Position numbers and translations under genes: made by a program
Notes under the pieces: generated by a model
The model's database searches: none
Told to the model about the DNA's origin: nothing
Seen by the model: the letters and a program-made list of their open reading frames with translations, nothing else
Assembly (NCBI GenBank): GCA_016783485.1
Contig: JADHWM010000002.1
Span: 1-62,727 of the forward strand
DNA: 62,727 bases
Reading direction: 5' to 3'
Source of the DNA: Candidatus Bathyarchaeota archaeon
GTDB lineage: Archaea > Thermoproteota > Bathyarchaeia > TCS64
Shown: positions 28,776 to 39,329 of the stretch, piece after piece
How the letters are laid out: each line of letters starts with the position of its first letter
How positions within the stretch are numbered: position 1 is the stretch's first letter

Positions 28776-30713
28776 TCACCGATATTTCCTATATGCAACG
28801 GCCGCTACCACTAGCACTAACGCCCCTAGCGCCAAGTAGATCCCGGTCCATGATCGGGGGTTCTCGACCACCACGTCCGTGTATCCCGTGTTGTCATTCT
28901 CGTTGATCTCGAATACATCGTTGTCCCCGTCAACCACGGCGCCGATCCTGTAGCCCCCGACGGCGTCGGGCTCCCAGTGGAACTCCACCGTCAACTCCTC
29001 TTCGCCTCGGATCTCGTCGACGGTGAACGTATCCGCCCTCGATCCGTCCACTGTCAGCGTCACATCGACGCAGGTGGGTTCGACTCCCGTGTTCCTGATG
29101 TCCACGGTGATGAGATATTTCATCGCATCCGATCTGTCCACGGATACGTCGATGACTGTGAGGTCGGGGAGGGTCAGGAGCCCGGGGTCGATTTGGGCGA
29201 ACGTCTCCGGCAGGAGATGCGGCAGCATCAGGAGCTGATCCTCTTTCTCCAGGTTCCCGGTCACGGTGTTCAGCATCTCCTCCGGGGCCTCGTCCAGGAC
29301 CAGCCCCAGTTCCCGGAGATGCCCGTCGTCGATCCAGGATCGTGCAACCGCCATGACCCTCTCCGGACTCATCCCCTCGAGCAGCCGGGCCACTGTGGAA
29401 GGCGTCGAGGGCAGTCGGGCTATCTCCAGGAGGACTTGGGAGAGCAGATCCGTCTCCACGAGATCGAGGATCTCGACCACGACCGTGCTCTCCAGGCTGG
29501 TTGCGGCCTCGACGAGGGCGGCGCAGCTCTGGGGGTCGGTCTCGTACATCGATTTGAGCAGGGCGGAGCCTCCCCGGGGTTCAACCGAGATTAGGAGGGT
29601 GGCTCCCTCGTCCTTCTCCATGTTCAGCAGTAGAGTCGAAAACGGTCTCGTCAACCCGAGTTCAACGGCTGACTCGATCACCTCGATCGCCTCCGATAGC
29701 CCGAGTTCCCGTGCGGTCTCATTGGATGTAGCCTTGGGTGAGACGCTGTCGAGGATGTCGGCTACCAATTCGGAGGGGACGCCTTTGAGCTGTTCGAAAA
29801 CCCTTGAAGCCGTGTCCTCCGTCTGAGCGGGGACCACGACGAAGCTCCGGGATGAATCCATGACGGTCAAAACATGCCATCCCTCCTCGAGCCCGGTTAA
29901 ACTGAAATCCAGATACCTGGACTCTCCCGACTCGAGGGAAACCTGCTCCTCGGTATACGGCTCACGATCTATGGAGAAACCGATCATGCGATCTTCAAGC
30001 CGCTCGCCGGTGTTGATGACCATGGCCGTAACACGGATCTCGCTACCGACACTGGAAACAGGAGGATATACCGAGAGGTCCCTGATTGCGAGTTCGGCGT
30101 GGGCGGGGGGTGGAGATGAACCCTTCTCGTTGAGGTTCACCGTCTTCTTGACGGATCCCGCCTCAACCCTGAACGTACCGAGGGGTATGTTGCTCGTGTT
30201 GTAACTGTAATCATAGATTCCTTCGGAATCCGTCTTGACTGTGGCGCTCGCCGTGACATTGAGCGTCACAGCTGTCGCATTTGGTAGGGCGTACCCGTGG
30301 AGCCTCAGGTCATATGTCCCAATCGGGACGTTGCCCTGAGATATGGTCACGACGCCATCCGTTGCGGTGGCGCTCTTGGTGATCGGCAAGAAGATAATCT
30401 TGGTTGAGATGTGAACGTTGGCGACGCTCTCTGCCCTCACCGAGACCCTGTTGGGCGTCGAGGGGACTTGGACGTCTTCAAGGATCCACTCGTACTTGCC
30501 GTCAACAACGCTCAACGTTTTCGAGAAAGAGATAATGATGGCGACCTCCTCCTCGGGCTGAGCAGCGATCCGGATCGTCACGACGTCCCCCTGCGACGGG
30601 GAGGCCGGGGTGACCTCCAAGGAGGAGACCTCAGCCTGAACTGTGACCGGGAGAAGAGGCGAAATCAGCAGTAGAAAGAGGACAAGTTCCTTTAACCTAC
30701 TTCTTTGCGTCAA
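28776..30713 (-). CDS. Cell-surface protein with CARDB/Ig-like domains, helical domain and C-terminal anchor
   Basis: Signal peptide, two CARDB-like segments (VINTGE; PDLTV...EINENDN) and a C-terminal helix followed by RKYR. Confidence 0.8.
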   Translation of the reverse strand: MTQRSRLKELVLFLLLISPLLPVTVQAEVSSLEVTPASPSQGDVVTIRIAAQPEEEVAIIISFSKTLSVVDGKYEWILEDVQVPSTPNRVSVRAESVANVHISTKIIFLPITKSATATDGVVTISQGNVPIGTYDLRLHGYALPNATAVTLNVTASATVKTDSEGIYDYSYNTSNIPLGTFRVEAGSVKKTVNLNEKGSSPPPAHAELAIRDLSVYPPVSSVGSEIRVTAMVINTGERLEDRMIGFSIDREPYTEEQVSLESGESRYLDFSLTGLEEGWHVLTVMDSSRSFVVVPAQTEDTASRVFEQLKGVPSELVADILDSVSPKATSNETARELGLSEAIEVIESAVELGLTRPFSTLLLNMEKDEGATLLISVEPRGGSALLKSMYETDPQSCAALVEAATSLESTVVVEILDLVETDLLSQVLLEIARLPSTPSTVARLLEGMSPERVMAVARSWIDDGHLRELGLVLDEAPEEMLNTVTGNLEKEDQLLMLPHLLPETFAQIDPGLLTLPDLTVIDVSVDRSDAMKYLITVDIRNTGVEPTCVDVTLTVDGSRADTFTVDEIRGEEELTVEFHWEPDAVGGYRIGAVVDGDNDVFEINENDNTGYTDVVVENPRSWTGIYLALGALVLVVAAVAYRKYR

Positions 30714-30832
30714 CCTTTCGCCTCAGATGTTTCGATTCGAGTCATCCTGATCCGGGAGTATCTCCTCGCGCGACAGACCCATGGGTGACCGTCTTTGAAG
30801 TATTTTTTCACCGACAGCCCCTCACGAGGAGA

Positions 30833-33800
30833 TCAGTAATACTGGGGGTACTGTTCCCGGGCGCGCTCGGCGAGGTCCGGAAGCTGCTTGATGAAGTACC
30901 CTGCGGCTATGCCGGCCAAAAGGAACATAACCGTGTACAGCTGCCAGCTGTTTGCGGAGCTCCTCGATGAGGCGAGCTCCTCGTTCAGCATGGAGACCAT
31001 GGCCTCGAGCCCACTCATCTGGGTGCCCAGCTCCCCCATCTGTCTCTCCAAGTCGGGTACCGCTCCCTCCAGGCTTGATAACTCGACTTCCAGCCTGGTG
31101 ACGCTTCTCTCGAGGACGCCGATCTGGGTCTGGAGCAGCGTAGTCTGGCTCTCAAGGTCCGCCGTCTCGATGTCCTGGGTCTCGATGGTCTTCGCGTATC
31201 CGAGGATGAGCCCCGAGTACTGGGTCACGTAGTCGACGATGTTCTCGAACAGTCTGGCGCCCTGCTGGGGGTTCGCGTCGGGTCCATATCTGTCTGGTCT
31301 GATCAACTCCGGCTTGTACAGCCCCATGAAGTGGCCGAAAGGCGCGTCTCCGGAGACGATGATCACGTTGGTATTCTCCGGGTCTACTTCCAGGGCCATC
31401 ATCGTGATGGCTCCCACTTCTCCCGCCTCGTGGGCCTGAGGCGGGGGCTCCATGCTGTCGACTATAACGCCATAACTCGTGGTTGTCATGAGCACGTGGA
31501 CGTTCTCGAGGCTCTCCTCCTCCAGCTTGATGTATCGGCCATTCTTATGCCCGATGATTGTCCCGGGTCCGTGGAACAGGCTGCGATTCACTCCCGAGAC
31601 GAGGAATCCGAACTCCGGGTCAGCGTTGTCGCTGACGGCGAGGACTCTATATGGAGCGTAACCGTTGGAGAAGTGGTCCTCCGCTGAAGCCGACTCGATG
31701 CGAAGTGCGCTGCCGATATACTCCAGAACCTCGTTGGCCGATGTCTGGCGGAGCGCGTCGTTCCCGAAGTCGCTGTCCGAGGCGATCCAGAGTCCTTTTC
31801 CCCCTTCGTCCAGCCAGCCTTTCACCACTTTGAGCTCGTCGTTGGAGTAGTCCAACAACGGGTTCGCTTGAACCATGATGAGCATCACGGCCCCCTCTAG
31901 GTCGTATTCGGTAAGTTCGCCGTAGACTATTGACCATTTCACGTGGGGCATATCCTCCTCGATTGCGGCGAGCTGGGTGTCGGGTTCCCGGGCCCCCTTG
32001 AGGTGGATGACTACCTCAGGTTTCCCGAAGACGGGGAGCTCGGGGAGCCGTTGCTGGATGGATTGGGTGAAGTAAGGGTGCAGGGTCGTCCTCCTTGAAT
32101 CTTTCATCTCCCGCCAGATGTCCTCGAGGGTATCGTCAGAGACGAATCCTAAGACGTCGACGAGTTCGTAGAGGGCCCCCGTTGAGACCCAGGCGTTCAC
32201 CACGTCGTCGACGACGTCGATCTTCATCACCTCGAAGACCTCCGCCACCGTGGACGGCGTTGCGGGGAGGTTGGCGATCTCGATGAACAGGGCCACCAGG
32301 GTGTCGACGGTGACCTCATCGAGCACGTCTCCGGTTTTCTCCAGGAACTCCTTCTGTCCTTCCGGGGTGAGCTCCCGGGTCTTGTGCTTGACCATGGCCT
32401 CAACCTTCCAGGCGGTGGTGTCCAGATCCTTTACCGCCATCGCCTCGACAACGGCGGCACCCGATTCTGGATCAGTCCCTATCAGCCCGCCCACAGTCGC
32501 GTTGTCATTCACCGTTAACAAGATCTCAGCGAAAGCCTCAGTGTTGTTCGTCCTTACTGCGGTCCTGATGAGAGACCCCGCCTTCACCTCGCTCATTTTC
32601 TCCACCTCCTCGAAGATCCCCTTTGCAGTCCCCCTACCAACCTTAGAAATGACCTCAGAGGCCGGGGCCTCCTCCATCATCTCGACCATTTTTAGGGCGA
32701 CCTCTGGATCCATGTTCTCGATGATGGTTGCAGCTAGCTGTGTGTTGATCTTCTCGAGAATTATGGCGGCCAATGTGGAGTCCATCTTCTCTACGATTGC
32801 TGTGGCTGTTTCTATGTTGGTTTTTTCAATAATAGCGACTGCCTTTGTAATATTCATCTTCTCTACGATTGCTATGGCTGCTTCAACGCTGATTTTTTCA
32901 AATATGGCGGCAGCGGTATCGCTATTGACCTCCTCTATGATCTTCGCCGCAGTCGTCGGGGGCAGGGACTCTATGACTTCGGCGGCCGCCTCAACTGGGA
33001 GTTCCTCGAGATCCTCTGCGGTGGGGGTTGGTGGTGGAGCAGCAGCTCCTCCTCCGGAAGACGTGGTCGTGGTTATGGACACATAGCTTTGGTTGAACGC
33101 TACTACGCGGTCAACATAGTCCTGCCATACCGCCGTGATGAGCACATAATTTCCATCCAGGAGATCCGATGTCGCCAGCGAGGTCGAGGCATTGTTTGAG
33201 GGTGTCATCCCGGTGAATCCCACGGAGACCGCGTTGGAATCAAATATGGATCTCAGGCTCTCTATGACGTAGGTCGGCGTGAAGAACGAGGCGCCGATGT
33301 TCCCGGAGGAGATGGCGGCTGCCAAGCTGCCGTTGGCGACCAGGGCTCCGTTGACTCGGAGCTCCGTCCCCTCTCCTGTGCCGTCGCTCGTTAACGCCAA
33401 GTATGCTGAGTAGGCGTTTCTCTTGACGAGGGCGGATCCGTAGATGAAGGAGCCCGGGCTTCCGTGGACCTCTATGCCGACATCTAGGAAGTCGCCTTGG
33501 GCGACCTCAGTGGGAGCGGTGACGGTGATGTCCCTTTCAAGGACCTCGACGACTGTGGCGGAGTAGAGATAGAGCGTCTTGGGGTATGAGGCGCCGACTT
33601 CCCTCAGGACCACCAAGAGGTAGTCCCCGGCCCCGGGGTTGGGGGTGATCGTGAAGGACGCGTCTCCGTTGGAGTCCAGGGTCTTCGACGCGCTCCAGTG
33701 AGGGTTGGTGAGCTTGGCCCGCAGGAATGCCATGTCCCCCGTGAATATGTCTCTCAGGAAGTTGCGCATCTCCGTGAAGGACTGGAATCTCAGCAGTTTG

Positions 33801-34261
33801 AGGTTCACGTCGAGGCCGGCGAAGCTCGGTGAGCCCCAGAAGGTCCCGTTGATCGTGTCTCCGGTGGCGTACGCCCTGTGAACATTGAGGGGGTATGTCA
33901 CCTCGCTGCTGGTTACGCTCCGGATGAAGTTGACTGTGGTGTCGTTGTTAAGGTACTCCACCATTCCGGGGCTCGTGAAGGTGAGGCTGAAGGCGGGTAT
34001 CTCGAACGGGGCCCCTCCCCCAAGCTCTATCCAGTTGCCCTGTGTGAGGTCGTTCTCATGCGAGGCGATGATGAGGTTGCCATAGTCCGTGGGGGGGTTT
34101 ACAATGACGTTGATGGGGTAGTCCGGGAGGGCGGCCTGCGCTGTCCCGATTGGTGCGACCGGTATCCCGCCCATATATTGGGTGGCGCTGATAATGCTTG
34201 ATGAAATTAAAATAACTAAACCCAGCAGTGGAAAAAGTCGTTTTTTGTGCTGTCTGAGCAA
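30833..34261 (-). CDS. Large multidomain cell-surface protein
   Basis: Signal peptide; N-domain resembling the methanogen TIGR04279 extracellular domain (HE...GNWIELGGG, from recall); Thr/Gly/Pro linker; 12-aa helical repeats; alpha/beta domain; coiled coil; C-terminal membrane helix. Confidence 0.75.
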   Translation of the reverse strand: MLRQHKKRLFPLLGLVILISSSIISATQYMGGIPVAPIGTAQAALPDYPINVIVNPPTDYGNLIIASHENDLTQGNWIELGGGAPFEIPAFSLTFTSPGMVEYLNNDTTVNFIRSVTSSEVTYPLNVHRAYATGDTINGTFWGSPSFAGLDVNLKLLRFQSFTEMRNFLRDIFTGDMAFLRAKLTNPHWSASKTLDSNGDASFTITPNPGAGDYLLVVLREVGASYPKTLYLYSATVVEVLERDITVTAPTEVAQGDFLDVGIEVHGSPGSFIYGSALVKRNAYSAYLALTSDGTGEGTELRVNGALVANGSLAAAISSGNIGASFFTPTYVIESLRSIFDSNAVSVGFTGMTPSNNASTSLATSDLLDGNYVLITAVWQDYVDRVVAFNQSYVSITTTTSSGGGAAAPPPTPTAEDLEELPVEAAAEVIESLPPTTAAKIIEEVNSDTAAAIFEKISVEAAIAIVEKMNITKAVAIIEKTNIETATAIVEKMDSTLAAIILEKINTQLAATIIENMDPEVALKMVEMMEEAPASEVISKVGRGTAKGIFEEVEKMSEVKAGSLIRTAVRTNNTEAFAEILLTVNDNATVGGLIGTDPESGAAVVEAMAVKDLDTTAWKVEAMVKHKTRELTPEGQKEFLEKTGDVLDEVTVDTLVALFIEIANLPATPSTVAEVFEVMKIDVVDDVVNAWVSTGALYELVDVLGFVSDDTLEDIWREMKDSRRTTLHPYFTQSIQQRLPELPVFGKPEVVIHLKGAREPDTQLAAIEEDMPHVKWSIVYGELTEYDLEGAVMLIMVQANPLLDYSNDELKVVKGWLDEGGKGLWIASDSDFGNDALRQTSANEVLEYIGSALRIESASAEDHFSNGYAPYRVLAVSDNADPEFGFLVSGVNRSLFHGPGTIIGHKNGRYIKLEEESLENVHVLMTTTSYGVIVDSMEPPPQAHEAGEVGAITMMALEVDPENTNVIIVSGDAPFGHFMGLYKPELIRPDRYGPDANPQQGARLFENIVDYVTQYSGLILGYAKTIETQDIETADLESQTTLLQTQIGVLERSVTRLEVELSSLEGAVPDLERQMGELGTQMSGLEAMVSMLNEELASSRSSANSWQLYTVMFLLAGIAAGYFIKQLPDLAERAREQYPQYY
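32612..33007 (-). repeat. About 11 tandem 36-bp (12-aa) degenerate coding repeats, MgtE-N/FliG-like
   Basis: EELPVEAAAEVI / ESLPPTTAAKII / EEVNSDTAAAIF / EKISVEAAIAIV / EKMNITKAVAII / EKTNIETATAIV and further units. Confidence 0.85.
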
Positions 34262-34585
34262 AGTTATTCAGGGAAATACACTATAGAGGAGATATTAATA
34301 TTGGTTACCCTTAACTAATAATGCAATTGAATCTTGGAAGAGTTCCTGAGTTATAACGCTTAACGCATATATCCCAATATATCGAGAACCGTAACATAAT
34401 CTGAGGTAATTCTTATCAATCATTTCAAGAAACTCCGTTCTAGTTGGACCAACCAATTGAGTGCTTCATGAAACCAATCACGCCAGAAAGGCCGTATAGG
34501 CGTCATCTCGTCAACCAGACGACCCATGGAGGACGCACAGGTGGAGCCCTTCGGGAATCCAATGCACCAGAGAGTTGAATGATCG

Positions 34586-36922
34586 GTGTTCGGGGAAGAG
34601 GTCGAGGAGCTGCGAGGGATCAGGTGGGATTGGGGGCAGTTCGAGAGCACCCGGGGATTCCCCGTGAGTTCCAACCTCCTCGATTGGGTCGTCGGCCAGG
34701 AGCAGGCCCTCGAGGAGTGCAACCTCGTCTTGGACGAGTGGATCCACAAGCTGAAATGGATCAGGAGCGAGGGGGCCTTCGACGGCTGGCGGGACCCGGG
34801 GTCCAAAAGACCTCAGAGCAAGACCGTGCCCCCCGGCCCATTCCTGCTTCTCCTCGGTGATCCGGGGACGGGGAAGAGCCTCATCGGGAGAGCCCTCGCG
34901 GCCCATCTGACGGGCAAATATGAGGAGGAGGGATTCAAGTCCCAGGACGTTCTGTGCTGGCCCAACGAGGTCAACCCGAGTGCTCCGAGGATAAGCATCC
35001 ACGAGGCGGGGGAGGGGAAGGCGCTCGTCTCCCGGGAGAAGCCCAAGGGGGAGGAGATGAGGACCGCCTACAACGTCGCTTTCAAGGCTGCATTCTGGAT
35101 GATCCTCGTCATCGGATTCTCCTTCCTCGGGCTCGGCCTGTCAGATCTCCTCAAGAACTACCTGGCTTGGCGCTCATTGGATGGTCTCGCCGCGGGAACC
35201 TCCGGAGGGGTTGTCACGAGCTCGTTCGCCAGCATCTCCGACAAGATCGTCAAGGGAGGCTTCCTCCTCTTCATGGCGTTCATCCTGAGCGTCTACGTGG
35301 AGAGGCGTCAGGGCGCGCAGGCCCGGGGGATCGGAGGGGCGATCCGGTCCACCGCCCCGAAGCTGCTCATCGACAACAGCCAGGGTGCTGCACCGTTCGT
35401 GGATGCCACGGGGCACTCGAGCGTCCAGCTCTTCGGGAGCATCGCCTGGGACCCGTACCAGACGGGGAGGCTGGGGACCCCGGAGCATCAGAGGGTCACC
35501 GCAGGGGATGTCCACAGGGCAAACTTGGGGATCCTCTACATCGACGAGGTGAAGAATCTCCAGCCCTTCGAGGCGACTACGTTGCTGACGGTGCTGGAGG
35601 ACGGGCAGCTCCCCATCGCCCACAGGGCGATGCACGACGGCGGGGGGACCTCTGCCCTCGCGGTCTCGACGGATCCCATCCCCAGCTTGACGCTGCTGGT
35701 GGCGGCGGGGAACTTCGACGCCGTGGACCGCATCCATCCCGCCCTCATGGACAGGATATGCGGGTATGGGCGGGTGATCCGGATGAACAACGACATGCTC
35801 AACACGGTGGAGAACCGCCGCAAGTATGTCCAGTTCATCGCCCAGGAGGTGAAACGTTTCAGGCTGCCCTCTTTCAGCCGGGGGGCCTGCGAGGAGATCG
35901 TGAACGAGGGCCGGAGGCGGAGCGACAAGAGGAATTCCATCATCACCAAGTTCAGGCCCCTCATCGGGGTCATCAAGACAGCCGGGCAGCTCGCTCTCAA
36001 CCAGGGCCTCGAGTTCGTGGAGGCGTCGCATGTCCGGGAGGCGGTGGCGGAGCACTGCAAGACCATTCAGCAGCAGATCCTGGTGCACCAGATCGAGGAG
36101 AGGGGCTCCCTATTGGAGATCGAGCCCCGGGGGACCTCCTTCGGGAGCATCTATGGCCTCGCGGCGGTCTCTGACAGCTTCAGCGGGGAGAGGACGGGGA
36201 CCATCCTCAAGGTAACCGCCTACATGCACCGGAAGAGCCCCGACGACAGCACCCGGGGCTTCTACAAAGTCACGGGGATCGCCCGGGACGGGAGGTGGAT
36301 CGACGACAGCATCGACAAGGTACGCACCGTGATCCTGAAGCGGTACAACGTGGACATCGCCCAGCACTACTACACCCACATAGACTTCTCCCAGAGCCAG
36401 GGGGTAGACGGGCCCAGCGCCGGGGTCACCATGACCCTCCTCATCTGCTCCCTCATCTCGGGGAGGCGGGCCCGCACCCTGGCTCGAACCGGGCGCCCCA
36501 TGAGGCAGGACGTCGCCGTGACCGGGGAGATCAACGTGGGCTCCGACGACGAAGTTCGGGTGACGGCGGTGAGCGGGCTCTACGAGAAGATCAAGGCCGC
36601 CGAGGCGTGGGGCTTCAGGAAGGTCCTCATCCCCCAGAGGAATCTGGAGCACAGCGTCAACCCCGACGACTTCGAGATCGAGGTGGTGGGCTGCTCGACT
36701 CTCGACGACTACTTGAGGCACATCCTCGTCGATGATGAGGACCCCTTCGCCAGCGATGATCGAGATGAAACATCGGGGGAGCGGAAAGTCTCGGCGCCGT
36801 GGGAGGCCCTCGGATCTCCGTCTTCACTGACCGTTCTTCCTCCTCCCCTGACCGTGGGGCTGACATTCGAGCAGGAGAATGGCTCAAAAAGAAGAGACGA
36901 AACGCAGATCGAAGCTGATTAA
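34586..36922 (+). CDS. lonB: Archaeal membrane-anchored Lon (LonB-type) ATP-dependent protease
   Basis: GDPGTGKS Walker A, two inserted membrane helices, LYIDE Walker B, and DGPSAG...EKIKAA Ser-Lys dyad. Confidence 0.88.
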   Translation: MFGEEVEELRGIRWDWGQFESTRGFPVSSNLLDWVVGQEQALEECNLVLDEWIHKLKWIRSEGAFDGWRDPGSKRPQSKTVPPGPFLLLLGDPGTGKSLIGRALAAHLTGKYEEEGFKSQDVLCWPNEVNPSAPRISIHEAGEGKALVSREKPKGEEMRTAYNVAFKAAFWMILVIGFSFLGLGLSDLLKNYLAWRSLDGLAAGTSGGVVTSSFASISDKIVKGGFLLFMAFILSVYVERRQGAQARGIGGAIRSTAPKLLIDNSQGAAPFVDATGHSSVQLFGSIAWDPYQTGRLGTPEHQRVTAGDVHRANLGILYIDEVKNLQPFEATTLLTVLEDGQLPIAHRAMHDGGGTSALAVSTDPIPSLTLLVAAGNFDAVDRIHPALMDRICGYGRVIRMNNDMLNTVENRRKYVQFIAQEVKRFRLPSFSRGACEEIVNEGRRRSDKRNSIITKFRPLIGVIKTAGQLALNQGLEFVEASHVREAVAEHCKTIQQQILVHQIEERGSLLEIEPRGTSFGSIYGLAAVSDSFSGERTGTILKVTAYMHRKSPDDSTRGFYKVTGIARDGRWIDDSIDKVRTVILKRYNVDIAQHYYTHIDFSQSQGVDGPSAGVTMTLLICSLISGRRARTLARTGRPMRQDVAVTGEINVGSDDEVRVTAVSGLYEKIKAAEAWGFRKVLIPQRNLEHSVNPDDFEIEVVGCSTLDDYLRHILVDDEDPFASDDRDETSGERKVSAPWEALGSPSSLTVLPPPLTVGLTFEQENGSKRRDETQIEAD

Positions 36923-36994
36923 CTCCGAGGATACTCGCTTCTTTCGCGCATATTTTATCAGGTAAGTCCTACAGTGTACTTTGGAAGTATTGTG

Positions 36995-38299
36995 ATGAAG
37001 AAGAATATCAGCTTGGTCGCCACAGGGGACTCCCTCATCACCATGAGGCAGAGCGTCCATTCGGAGCCCGAGTTTCTCGATATGGTGAAGCTCATCAGGT
37101 CCGCGGACATCGCGTTCACCAACCACGAGATGCTCCTCCACGACTACGAGGACTGGATCTGGCCTTCGGCCGAGTCCGGGGGCACCTACACCCGGGCTCC
37201 CCCCTATATCATCGACGAGCTCATGTGGATGGGTTACGACATATTCTCCACCGCGAACAATCACAGCCTCGACTATCTATACGGGGGGCTCTTCAGCACC
37301 CGGGACCACCTCGACGCTGCGGGGGTCCTCCACTCCGGCACCGGGAAGGACCTCGCCGAGGCCCGAGCCCCCGCCTATAAAGAATATCCCCAGGGGAGAG
37401 TGGCTCTCATCTCGGCGTCTTCGAGCTACGCCTCGTTCGGTCGCGCCGGGGACGTCCGGAGGGACCTCCAGGGGAGGCCGGGGCTCAACCCTCTGAGGAC
37501 TGAGACATGGTGGACGGTGAAGGAGGAGGTCCTGGAGACCATCAAGGGCTTAGAGGAGGCGCTGGGGATCCCCGAGCTCGTTCAGCCCGAGGACGCCCAC
37601 CTCTTCCTGCGCCAGAAATTCGTGGTGGGGGACGACGTCGGGATGCACACCAAGCCCCACAAGGGGGACATGGAGGGGAACCTGGAGTCGATCCGGGACG
37701 CCGCGAAGCAGGCGGACTGGGTGCTCTTCAGCCTCCACGCCCACGAGGGGCTCCTCCACGACAGGGAGCAGCCCGCGGAGTTCATCGAGACCTTCGCCCG
37801 GGAGGCCATCGACGCCGGGGCCCACGCCTTCATAGGCCACGGCCACCACGCGATGAGGGGCATCGAGATCCGTGACGGGAGGCCCATCTTCTACAGCCTG
37901 GGGGACTTTATCTTCCAGAACGAGACCGTCTACAAGATGCCCGCCGACTTTTACGAGAGTTACAAGCTCGACCCCTACAAGGGGATGGTGTCGGACGCCT
38001 TCGACGCGAGGACGGATGCACCGCCGAGGCCGGGGTGGCCCGCCTCGAAGTGGTTCACCAAGGACAGGAAGTACTGGATCAGCGTCATCCCGTTCATGGA
38101 GTTCGAGGGGGACCGGCTCAGCAGCCTGAAGCTCTACCCGGTGGAGTTGGGGCAGGACAAGCCTCGGAGCCAGAGGGGGAGGCCCATGTTCGTGGACGAG
38201 GAGGAGGGCGCCGATATCGTGGGGATAATGAAGAAGCTGTCGGAGCCCTACGGGACCGAGATAACCATCGAGAAAGGCATCGGGACAGTGAAGGTCTAA
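36995..38299 (+). CDS. CapA/PgsA-family metallophosphoesterase
   Basis: ATGD, NHE, ANNHSLDY, SLHAHE, GHGHH and FYSLGDF motifs. Confidence 0.9.
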   Translation: MKKNISLVATGDSLITMRQSVHSEPEFLDMVKLIRSADIAFTNHEMLLHDYEDWIWPSAESGGTYTRAPPYIIDELMWMGYDIFSTANNHSLDYLYGGLFSTRDHLDAAGVLHSGTGKDLAEARAPAYKEYPQGRVALISASSSYASFGRAGDVRRDLQGRPGLNPLRTETWWTVKEEVLETIKGLEEALGIPELVQPEDAHLFLRQKFVVGDDVGMHTKPHKGDMEGNLESIRDAAKQADWVLFSLHAHEGLLHDREQPAEFIETFAREAIDAGAHAFIGHGHHAMRGIEIRDGRPIFYSLGDFIFQNETVYKMPADFYESYKLDPYKGMVSDAFDARTDAPPRPGWPASKWFTKDRKYWISVIPFMEFEGDRLSSLKLYPVELGQDKPRSQRGRPMFVDEEEGADIVGIMKKLSEPYGTEITIEKGIGTVKV

Positions 38300-38325
38300 T
38301 TTTTTTTTCTTCCTTCCTTTTTTTT
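38300..38325. terminator. T-rich archaeal terminator between convergent genes
   Basis: TTTTTTTTTCTTCCTTCCTTTTTTTT immediately after the CapA stop codon. Confidence 0.65.
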
Positions 38326-38374
38326 AAGCTAAAACCCACTGCCGAGCCGTTGAACCAGTTTTTCTCTATCTGCC

Positions 38375-39130
38375 TTAATCTAACCTATTTTCTGTCCAGA
38401 AATAATTTCCAGAGAGAAATAACACTGGTTTTCGGTTGGACCAGAATATAATCAGTTGCTCCCTGAGTCTATTGCTGCCGAACTTTTTTATGATTCCATC
38501 GATGATGTTGCCGAGGCCCAACCATCCCTTCTCATGTCTCGATATCAACACTCTGAGATCAGCCGATCTGAGGAGTCTTTCCATTGAGCTCTTCGAGATG
38601 TATTTATGATACATCCCGACCTTGTCTCCGGTCACCAGAAGGCTCAGACTGTTTCGAAGGCATACAAGGAGCCCCGGTAGCGCAAAGAATGCTCTGCCTC
38701 CTGGGGCTAGCGACCTTTGTGCATCCGCGAGGGCTCTGGTCACCTCTTCTCTGAGTCTGAAGTGCTCCACGACCCCCAGGGAGATGTAGCCCCCGAGAAC
38801 GTTTTTTCTGAAGGGGAGCCGTGTAACATCACCGATCAGGAAGGCGGACTCTGCGCCGTTCTGTCTTCCGATCCTGTGGGCGTGCTGAATAGCATCGGGG
38901 ACGATGTCGATGCCGATTGCTCTGTATCCCCGCTTCTCTAATGAATAACACCATTCCCCCTCGCCACAACCGCCATCTAAAATCAAACCCTCTTTTTTGA
39001 AAAACTCCTGAAAAATATTTGTCAGGCGATTTCGTACGGGGCTGTCCATATTGGCGAAAAGTGAAACTTGGCTGCTTGAGTTGTGGTCGTATTGAAATAC
39101 TCTCTCCCAATCTTTTTGGGTCGATTTCAC
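38375..39130 (-). CDS. Class I SAM-dependent methyltransferase (lower GC than neighbours)
   Basis: ILDGGCGEG, LGVVEHF and LAPGG motifs. Confidence 0.85.
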   Translation of the reverse strand: MKSTQKDWERVFQYDHNSSSQVSLFANMDSPVRNRLTNIFQEFFKKEGLILDGGCGEGEWCYSLEKRGYRAIGIDIVPDAIQHAHRIGRQNGAESAFLIGDVTRLPFRKNVLGGYISLGVVEHFRLREEVTRALADAQRSLAPGGRAFFALPGLLVCLRNSLSLLVTGDKVGMYHKYISKSSMERLLRSADLRVLISRHEKGWLGLGNIIDGIIKKFGSNRLREQLIIFWSNRKPVLFLSGNYFWTENRLD

Positions 39131-39329
39131 ACTCTCTTAATTGGGTATTATGTTTATTAGTCTATTTTCTAGATAATTTATTCTTTACATTCTCTTGGAG
39201 CCTCGCCGGAACATGTCACCGATGATGCCGGTCTTCGGATGGTTCTAGAATGCACGTGCACATGGTTGCTGCGCCCAGTTTCCCCGTGAGGGCAACAGGT
39301 TAAATCGCCGGGGGGGCTACCTGAATCGG

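Noticed and set aside
36995..38299. Poly-gamma-glutamate capsule operon
   Set aside because: No capB/capC nearby and no membrane anchor; standalone CapA-family enzymes are common.
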